64,000 nucleotides of DNA from Thermoleophilia bacterium (GTDB lineage: Bacteria > Actinomycetota > Thermoleophilia > Gaiellales > JAICJC01). The stretch is from positions 7,531-71,530 of the forward strand of contig JAICJC010000002.1 of assembly GCA_025928655.1 (NCBI GenBank), in the 5' to 3' direction. Numbering within the stretch: the stretch's first letter is position 1; every line of letters starts with the position of its first letter. The translations under genes and the position numbers were made by a program. Below are positions 57,453-64,000 of the stretch, piece after piece. Under the pieces are notes generated by a model that was not told the origin of the DNA, made no database searches, and was given only the letters and a program-made list of their open reading frames with translations.

Positions 57453-58928
57453 TCAGAACGGGAAGGGCCGGGTGCCGCTCTGGACGGTCACCCACTGCAT
57501 CTCGGTGAACTCGTCCATCGCGAACGTGCCGCCGAACCGGCCCCAGCCGCTGTCCTTGACGCCGCCGAACGGCATCTGGGGCTCGTCGTGGACGGGCTGG
57601 TCGTTCACGTGGACGATGCCCGCCTGCAGGCGGCCGGCGATGGCCAGACCCCGGTCGGGGTCGCTCGTGAGCACGCCGGAGGCGAGGCCGTAGCTGGTGG
57701 CGTTTGCGGCCGCGACCGCCTCGTCGGCGCTCTCGACCACCTCGATCGCGGCCACCGGGCCGAACGTCTCGACCTGGGCGAACTCGCTGTCGCGGGGCAC
57801 GTCGGCGAGCAGCGTCGCCCGGTAGCAGGCGCCCTCGGCGCTGCCGCCCGCGAGCACCTTCGCCCCCGCCTTCACGACCTCGTCGACGCGCCGGCTGACG
57901 GTCTCGAGCGCCGCGGGGCTGATCAGCGGGCCGATGATGGTCGTCGGCTCGCGCGGGTCGCCGACCCCGAGCCCGGACACCTTCTCGGCCAGCGCCGCGG
58001 TGAACTTCTCGGCGATCGGCCGCTCCACGATGATCCGGCGCGCGGACATGCAGATCTGGCCCTGGTGCAGGTAGGCGCCGAACGCCGCCGCGTTGACGGC
58101 ATACTCGAGGTCGGCGTCGGCGAGCACGATCAGCGGGTTCTGGCCGCCGAGCTCGAGCACGACCCGCTTCAGGTGCCGGCCGGCGGCCTCGGCCAGCTTG
58201 CGGCCCGTGGCCGTGGAGCCGGTGAAGTTGATCCGCCGCACGCGCGGGTTGGAGACCAGCTCCTCGCCGACCGCGGCGGCGCCGGCGCGGTCGTGGGTGA
58301 CGATGTTCAGCACGCCGTCGGGGAGCCCCGCCTCGGCGAAGATCTCGCCCCAGAGCAGGCCGCCGACGTACGGCGAATGCTCGGACGGCGACAGGACGAC
58401 GGTGTTGCCGAAGACGATCGGTGCGGCGATGGCGCGGGCCGACAGGATCAGCGCCGCGTTCCAGGGCGAGATCGCCCCGACGACGCCGACCGGGCGGCGG
58501 ACGCCCATCGCGAACGCGCCCGGGAGGTCGGAAGGGAGCACCTGGCCGAGCGGCGCGTAGGCGGCGCCGGCGGCCTGGCGGAAGAGGCCGGGCACGAATC
58601 CCATCTGGAACATCCCGAAGCCGAAGCTGCAGCCGGTCTCCTTCGCCAGCCACTCCACCACCTCGTCGCGGCGCGACTCGAGGACGTCGGCGGCCTTGAG
58701 GAAGACGGCCTGGCGCCGACCGGGGCCGGCCTGCGACCAGCCGGCAAAGGCGGCGTTGGCCGCTTCGATCGCCCGCGCCGCGTCCTCGCGGTCGCCCGCC
58801 GCGGCGCTCGCCACCACGTCGCCGGTGTAGGGGTCGAGGTCGTCGAACGTGCCTCCCCCGGCGGCATCCACCCACTTTCCGCCGATCAGATGGCGGCAGT
58901 CCCTGGCGCGGGCCTCTGTGGCGCTCAT
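57453..58928 (-). CDS. Aromatic aldehyde dehydrogenase (vanillin/benzaldehyde dehydrogenase-like)
   Basis: PWNA, FTGST, LELGG, GQICMS, ETFGP, PFGG.K.SGWGRFGG. Confidence 0.88.
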   Translation of the reverse strand: MSATEARARDCRHLIGGKWVDAAGGGTFDDLDPYTGDVVASAAAGDREDAARAIEAANAAFAGWSQAGPGRRQAVFLKAADVLESRRDEVVEWLAKETGCSFGFGMFQMGFVPGLFRQAAGAAYAPLGQVLPSDLPGAFAMGVRRPVGVVGAISPWNAALILSARAIAAPIVFGNTVVLSPSEHSPYVGGLLWGEIFAEAGLPDGVLNIVTHDRAGAAAVGEELVSNPRVRRINFTGSTATGRKLAEAAGRHLKRVVLELGGQNPLIVLADADLEYAVNAAAFGAYLHQGQICMSARRIIVERPIAEKFTAALAEKVSGLGVGDPREPTTIIGPLISPAALETVSRRVDEVVKAGAKVLAGGSAEGACYRATLLADVPRDSEFAQVETFGPVAAIEVVESADEAVAAANATSYGLASGVLTSDPDRGLAIAGRLQAGIVHVNDQPVHDEPQMPFGGVKDSGWGRFGGTFAMDEFTEMQWVTVQSGTRPFPF

Positions 58929-59008
58929 CTCATCCTCCTCCTGGTTCGACGCTCCGTGCGAAGCACGCTAGCGCCTTCGCGGTGGCCGGGGCTGCGAGGA
59001 TACTGACG

Positions 59009-60118
59009 ATGGCGAGCGCGCCGACCGTCGTCGTGGGAGCGGGGCCAGCCGGGCTGGCGGCTGCGGCCATGCTGCGCAGGGCCGGCGTCGACGTGCTGGT
59101 GCTCGAGCGCGGCGACCGCCCCGGCGCGAGCTGGCGAGGCCAGTATCGCTCCCTGCGCCTGCACACCGTGCGGTCGCTCTCGGCCCTGCCGGGGGCGCCG
59201 CTGCCGCGGTCGTACGGCCGCTGGGTGGCGGGGACGGACTTCCTCGCCTACCTCGAGGGGTACGCAGCCCGGGAGCGGCTCGAGATCCGCACCGGGACGG
59301 CGGTGCGGCGGGTGGACGCCGACGAGGCCGGCCTCGTCCTCGCGTCCGACGCCGGGCCGATCACCGCGGCGGCCGTGGTGATCGCCACCGGCTACAACCG
59401 CGAGCCGGTCGTCCCGGAATGGGCCGACGGCCGCGTCGTGCACTCGAGCGGCTACCGCGACGCGGAGCCGTACCGCGGCCGGGCCGTCCTGGTGATCGGG
59501 GCGGGCAACTCGGGGTCGGACATCGCGCTCGACCTCGCCCGCGGCGGCGCGCGCCGGGTGTGGGTGTCGGTCCGGACGCCCCCCGGCCTCGTGCCGCGCC
59601 AGGCGCTCGGGCTGTCCGCGCAGGTCGCCGCCATCCCGCTGGCGCGGGCTCCGCGACGGCTGGGGGACGCGATCGCGGCACTCGAGCGGCGGCTCTTCCT
59701 CGGCGACCTGGCGGCGCACGGCCTCGGCGCCGGCGGCGACGGCGTCTTCACCCGCCACGCCCGCCGCTGCGCCCTCCCCACCCTCGACCACGGGTTCGCG
59801 CGCGCCGTGCGGGCCGGGTCGATCGCGGTGGTGCCGGCCGTCGAGGCGATCGCCGGCGAGGAGGTCGTGCTGCGCGGGGGCGGGTGCCTGCGGCCCGACG
59901 CGATCGTCGCGGCCACCGGCTACCGGCCGGCGCTCGCCCCGCTCGCCGGCCACCTGGGCGTGCTCGGGCCCGACGGGCTGCCGCTGCACCACGGCGGGGC
60001 CGTCCACCCGGCCGCCCCCGGCCTCCATTTCACCGGGTTCCGAAACCCCATCACGGGCGCGCTGCGGGAGCTGCGCTTCGAGGCCCGGGCGATCGCCGCC
60101 GCCCGCCGCGATGGGTGA
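59009..60118 (+). CDS. Flavin-containing monooxygenase
   Basis: GAGPAG, Y.SLRLHT, IATG, HSSGYR, GAGNSG, ATGY. Confidence 0.88.
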   Translation: MASAPTVVVGAGPAGLAAAAMLRRAGVDVLVLERGDRPGASWRGQYRSLRLHTVRSLSALPGAPLPRSYGRWVAGTDFLAYLEGYAARERLEIRTGTAVRRVDADEAGLVLASDAGPITAAAVVIATGYNREPVVPEWADGRVVHSSGYRDAEPYRGRAVLVIGAGNSGSDIALDLARGGARRVWVSVRTPPGLVPRQALGLSAQVAAIPLARAPRRLGDAIAALERRLFLGDLAAHGLGAGGDGVFTRHARRCALPTLDHGFARAVRAGSIAVVPAVEAIAGEEVVLRGGGCLRPDAIVAATGYRPALAPLAGHLGVLGPDGLPLHHGGAVHPAAPGLHFTGFRNPITGALRELRFEARAIAAARRDG

Positions 60119-60119
60119 T

Positions 60120-61559
60120 TCAGCGATCGTCTGAGCGCAGGCCGCGGGCCGCGAGCACGGCGCCGGCCGCGCACAGCGCGACGAGCACGACGATGCCCGC
60201 CCGAAAGGCGCTCGCCGTCGCGTCGCGCTGGCCGGCGAGGGCGGCGCGGGCGGCGAAGACCCCCGCGTCCGGGTGGGGCGCCCGGTTCGCGAAGACAAGC
60301 GTGATGACGACGCCGACGAGGGGCGTCGCGATCAGCCCGCCGAGCCGGGACACCGTTGTGTTGACGCCGGCGGCGAGCCCGGCGAAACGGTCGGGCGCCG
60401 CCCGCAGCGCCGTCGAGGTGATCGGCGCCACGAGCATCGCCAGGCCGACCGACATGACGATCACGCCCGGGAGCGGAACGAGCGGGTTCGTGCTGCGGAC
60501 GAGCGTCAGCAGCAGGAACCCGACGGCCATCACCACCGGCGCGAGCGTCAGGTAGCGGCGCGGCCCGTCGCGGTCGGCCAGGCGGCCGAAGCGGGGCGCG
60601 AGCAGGAACATCACGATGCTGATGGGCAGGAAGATCAGGGAGGCGCGCACCGGCGTGTAGCCCACGGCCGCGGACTGCAGGTAGAGGGCGAGGTAGAACG
60701 TCGAGCCGCCGAGCGCGGCGTAGACGAGCAGGGTGTAGACGTTCGCGACGGCGAACACCCGCTCGCGCAGGAGCTCGGTGGGCAGGAGCGGCATATCGGA
60801 GCGCCGTTCCACGCCGACCAGGAAGGCGAGCCCCAGGACGGCGACGACGAATGCGGGCCACACCTTCCCGAACCCCGCCTGCGCGCCCTCGATCAGCCCG
60901 AACGTGAGCGACCCGAAGGTGAGCGCGATGGCGGCCGCACCCGGCCACTGCACCGGCCGCACCTCCGCCGGCGGATGCTCCACCCCGCGGCCCGCGAACG
61001 CCGTGACGAGCGCGATCGCAGCGCCGGGCAGGTTGATGAAGAAGATCCAGCGCCAGGACGCGTACTCGACCAGGAGCCCCCCGAGCGGCGGGCCCGCCAT
61101 CGTCCCGATGCCGCTCCACGCCGTCCACAGCCCGACCGCGCGGCCGCTGTCCTCGGCATAGGTCGCGCGCAGGAGCGCGAGGCTGTTGGTCGTGAGGAGC
61201 GCCCCGGCGACGCCCTGCAGCACGCGGGCGGCCACGAGCGTCCAGGTGTTCGGCGCGACCCCGGCCAGCGCGGACGCGATCGCGAACCCGGCCACGCCGG
61301 CGACGAACAGCGACCACCGCCCGTAGTGGTCGCCGAGCGCGCCGGACACGATGTAGAGCGACGCGACGGCGAGCGAGTAGGAGAGCATCACCCACTGCTG
61401 GGCCGAGAGGCCGGCGTTCAGGTCACGGCCGATCGTCGGCAGGGCGATGTTCACGACGGTGCCGTCGACGAACGTCATCGACGACCCGATGATGGTCGCG
61501 ACCAGGATCCAGCCGCGGCGGTCCGGCGGCGCTTCGACAGCTGTGGGAGCGATCGTCAC
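60120..61559 (-). CDS. MFS DHA2 efflux transporter
   Basis: DGTVVNIALP, GDHYGR, WRWIFFINLP. Confidence 0.9.
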   Translation of the reverse strand: MTIAPTAVEAPPDRRGWILVATIIGSSMTFVDGTVVNIALPTIGRDLNAGLSAQQWVMLSYSLAVASLYIVSGALGDHYGRWSLFVAGVAGFAIASALAGVAPNTWTLVAARVLQGVAGALLTTNSLALLRATYAEDSGRAVGLWTAWSGIGTMAGPPLGGLLVEYASWRWIFFINLPGAAIALVTAFAGRGVEHPPAEVRPVQWPGAAAIALTFGSLTFGLIEGAQAGFGKVWPAFVVAVLGLAFLVGVERRSDMPLLPTELLRERVFAVANVYTLLVYAALGGSTFYLALYLQSAAVGYTPVRASLIFLPISIVMFLLAPRFGRLADRDGPRRYLTLAPVVMAVGFLLLTLVRSTNPLVPLPGVIVMSVGLAMLVAPITSTALRAAPDRFAGLAAGVNTTVSRLGGLIATPLVGVVITLVFANRAPHPDAGVFAARAALAGQRDATASAFRAGIVVLVALCAAGAVLAARGLRSDDR

Positions 61560-61579
61560 CTCGCGGATCGCCCGAGAGC

Positions 61580-61756
61580 CTACCCTGCGCCGTCCTCCTC
61601 GTCGCGCCCGGCGTCCTCCTCGTTGGCGTCGGGCGTCTCGTCGGGGGCGCCGTACTGCTCCTCGAGGCTGCCGGCGTCGCCGTGCCCCGGGTACTCCTCG
61701 CCCTGCGACCGCCGGTCGGGGTCGTGGCGGTCGGGTTCCGGATCGCTCGCGGACAT
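61580..61756 (-). CDS. Small acidic hydrophilic protein (58 aa), not in ORF track
   Basis: MSASDPEPDRHDPDRRSQGEEYPGHGDAGSLEEQYGAPDETPDANEEDAGRDEEDGAG*; GC3-rich codons; SigB-type promoter. Confidence 0.7.
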   Translation of the reverse strand: MSASDPEPDRHDPDRRSQGEEYPGHGDAGSLEEQYGAPDETPDANEEDAGRDEEDGAG

Positions 61757-61765
61757 GCGCGGTCG

Positions 61766-61791
61766 GTACCCGATCGCGCGTCGCCCAAACC
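61766..61791 (-). promoter_or_regulatory. SigB/SigF-type promoter
   Basis: GGTTT-N15-GGGTAC, 9 nt before ATG 61756. Confidence 0.65.
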
Positions 61792-61800
61792 GCCCTCCGG

Positions 61801-62265
61801 TCAGGAGGCGCGGCCCCAGGCGGCGGCCTGGTCACGGCGGCGGCGCAGCTCGGCCCGGTAGGCGGCCACGGCGCGGTCGAGGTAGGCGATGTCCGGGTCG
61901 ATGCGCGCCCGCGCGACCGACGAGAGATGGTGCGACAGCCGCGCGACGGCGCGCGCCGGCGTGTCGACGCGGCCGACGACGTCCACCTCGGACGTCGCCG
62001 ACAGGACGGAGGACAGGCGCACGGCCGTCTGCGCGACGGGCCACACCGACAGGTTCGGGACGTCGTCCGCCGACTGCATGTACGCGGCCCACGCGAACAG
62101 CCAGCCCTTGTTGTCGATCGAGATGCCGCCGATCAGCACGCGCAGCGGCGGCATGCCGTGCTCGGTCCGGCGCGCCGCCTCGAGCCGCATCGGAGGGCTC
62201 ACGAAGAGGTGCGCGAGCTCGAGCTCGGGCGCCTCGTCGCCGGTGGGGAGGGGACGGTTGCTCAC
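61801..62265 (-). CDS. Hypothetical protein
   Basis: 154 aa ORF filling the gap; no recognised motif. Confidence 0.5.
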   Translation of the reverse strand: MSNRPLPTGDEAPELELAHLFVSPPMRLEAARRTEHGMPPLRVLIGGISIDNKGWLFAWAAYMQSADDVPNLSVWPVAQTAVRLSSVLSATSEVDVVGRVDTPARAVARLSHHLSSVARARIDPDIAYLDRAVAAYRAELRRRRDQAAAWGRAS

Positions 62266-62359
62266 CTTCGTCTCATCGTAGGGACAAATGCGCGGGTTTC
62301 AAGCTGGGGCACGCCCCTTCTCTCAACCTCGACCTCACGGTGAGATCATGGGCTCGTGG

Positions 62360-62385
62360 GTTATGGCCCCGTACCGGCGGGGTAG
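62360..62385 (+). promoter_or_regulatory. SigB/SigF-type promoter
   Basis: GTTA-N16-GGGTAG upstream of 62423. Confidence 0.5.
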
Positions 62386-62422
62386 CGGACTCCGCGACCT
62401 GTACGACCGATGAGGTGGATGG

Positions 62423-62803
62423 GTGAGCGACCTCGGCCCAAGCGGCAACGACCCGGACGCCGGCATGCAGCCGGACGTCGGCGCGGACCTGCAGCTGTGG
62501 ACGACGCGCTGGGAGCAGATCGAGGAGGCCCGCACGGACGACGCGCCGGAGGCGCTCGCGGACGCGGCCGACCTGCTCGACGAGATGTTCTCCGAGCTCG
62601 ACATCCCGACGCGGCCGACCGAGGCGCCCGAGACCGAGGACCTCGTCAAGGCCCGGGAGCAGATCCGCGACGTCCTCGACCGCCTGAGCCGGGAAGCGCC
62701 CGTCGATCGCGAGGAGGTCGACGACGCCTTCGACGAGGCCAGGCGCACGTTCGACCTGCTCGCCACCGGCCGCCACGCCGGCGGCCAGGACGCGGCGATC
62801 TAG
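62423..62803 (+). CDS. Hypothetical acidic helical protein
   Basis: 126 aa, GC3-rich, RBS-like GAGG. Confidence 0.7.
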   Translation: MSDLGPSGNDPDAGMQPDVGADLQLWTTRWEQIEEARTDDAPEALADAADLLDEMFSELDIPTRPTEAPETEDLVKAREQIRDVLDRLSREAPVDREEVDDAFDEARRTFDLLATGRHAGGQDAAI

Positions 62804-62823
62804 GCCGGGAGCGGCGTCAACGA

Positions 62824-63573
62824 CTAGACGGCGTAGCCCGGGCTCTCGCGGTCGAGACGGCGCTTGACCGCCTCGAACAGCTTGCCGGGGCCGGCCTCGT
62901 CGCGCTGGGTCAGCTCGGCGGTGTGGCGGACGATGTCGTCCGGCACGGCGATGAGCGGCCGTCCCGTCGATTGCGCCAGGATCTGCACCTGGCACGCCCG
63001 CTCGAGGAAGTAGAGCCGCGACCACGCCTCGGCTGGGTCGTTCCCGATCACGATCACGCCGTGGTTCTCGAGCATGACGACGCTCGTGTCGTCGCCGACG
63101 GCGGCGCCCATCCGGTCGCCCTCCTCCGCGGCACGGGCCAGGCCCCCGTACGCGCACGTCTCCACGCGCCCGTGGAATCCCATGGCGGCCTGGCTGAGCG
63201 TGGTGTCGAAGCCACCCTCCGTCGCCGAGACGGCCGTCGCGTACGGCATGTGGGTGTGGAAGACGCAGCGCGCGGTCGGACGGGCGCGGTGGACTCCCCG
63301 GTGGATCATGAACGCCGTGATCTCCCACTCGCCGTCGCCGTCCACGACGGCGCCCTCACCGTCGACGGCGATCAGATCCGACGCGCGAAGCTCGGACCAG
63401 TCCGGTCCGTACGGGTTCAGGAGAAACAGGTCGTCCCGGCCCGGAACGGCGTAGCTGAAGTGGTTGTCGATGCCCTCGTTGTAGCCGTAGACGGCGGCGG
63501 CCCGAAGCGCCGCGGCGAGGTCGACGCGAGCCTGCCGGAGCACATCGACCTGGGTGTGGTCGGCGATGGTCAT
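62824..63573 (-). CDS. Class II aldolase/adducin family protein
   Basis: EGIDNHFS, NPYG, AFMIH..H, HTHMP, ENHG. Confidence 0.92.
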   Translation of the reverse strand: MTIADHTQVDVLRQARVDLAAALRAAAVYGYNEGIDNHFSYAVPGRDDLFLLNPYGPDWSELRASDLIAVDGEGAVVDGDGEWEITAFMIHRGVHRARPTARCVFHTHMPYATAVSATEGGFDTTLSQAAMGFHGRVETCAYGGLARAAEEGDRMGAAVGDDTSVVMLENHGVIVIGNDPAEAWSRLYFLERACQVQILAQSTGRPLIAVPDDIVRHTAELTQRDEAGPGKLFEAVKRRLDRESPGYAV

Positions 63574-63640
63574 GGCGGCGACTGTAGCGCCGCCGCAACG
63601 CAGAACCGCTCACCACGCAAGCCGCCGCAACCTCGCGTCG

Positions 63641-64000
63641 TCAGGTTCGCCGGTTGATCTCGAGGAGGAGGGTGCGCAGCTGGGCGAAGCGCCGGGGGCC
63701 GAGGTGTTGCGCCCATTCGGCCTCGAGGTCGCTGACCGCGCTTCGGATTGCGTGGATCGCGGCCTCGCCGCGCTTCGTGAGGGCGACGCGTTTGGAGCGC
63801 AGGTCGTCGGGGTCGGCCTGCCGTTTGAGGTAGTGGAGGCGTTCGAGCTGCCCGAGCAGATAGTTGAGGGCCTGCTTGCTGATCCCGAGCCGACCGGCCA
63901 GCTCGGACGGCCGTGCGCCTTGCGGCCCGGGATGCTGAAAGACATGGAGGTGGGCCGCGTCGAGGTCCGTGAAGCCCTGCTCGTGCAGCCGCTCGAGCAT
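63641..64000 (-). CDS. MarR family regulator (5' end beyond the window)
   Basis: RPSELA, ISKQA, DPDDLRSK. Confidence 0.88.
   Translation of the reverse strand: MLERLHEQGFTDLDAAHLHVFQHPGPQGARPSELAGRLGISKQALNYLLGQLERLHYLKRQADPDDLRSKRVALTKRGEAAIHAIRSAVSDLEAEWAQHLGPRRFAQLRTLLLEINRRT

Noticed and set aside
799-62426. Many long alternative-frame or antisense ORFs (e.g. 799..3402, 7391..10747, 16537..20316, 20000..22558, 46274..49027)
   Set aside because: Shadows of real genes caused by high GC; Arg/Gly/Pro-rich with no motifs

Overview
Very GC-rich actinobacterial chromosome segment. The gene content and many leaderless TANNNT-(N5-7)-start genes suggest Thermoleophilia/Gaiellales, but this is an inference. 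About 62 genes or pseudogenes; no rRNA, tRNA, CRISPR array or transposase recognised. Main blocks: (i) 7.4-14.8 kb operon of PPTase, a membrane-bound poly-amino-acid-synthetase (Pls-like) NRPS with inverted domain order (T - TM/LbH repeats - truncated C - A), sbnB and sbnA, a candidate poly-2,3-diaminopropionate system; (ii) a class III cyclase-STAND ATPase-TPR-family 5 solute-binding fusion with a LexA box upstream, downstream of ligD; (iii) a SigB/SigF partner-switching cluster with two sigma factors; (iv) an MprAB-like two-component system with 11-bp-periodic boxes that point into a highly structured intergenic candidate sRNA; (v) an aldehyde dehydrogenase-pcaIJHGBCF-pobA aromatic catabolic operon without pcaD. 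Also present: a ~200-bp MITE-like element with 18-bp terminal inverted repeats, REP-like 13-bp palindromes, one frameshifted hydrolase and two gene remnants. All functional calls come from motif recognition by eye, not database searches.
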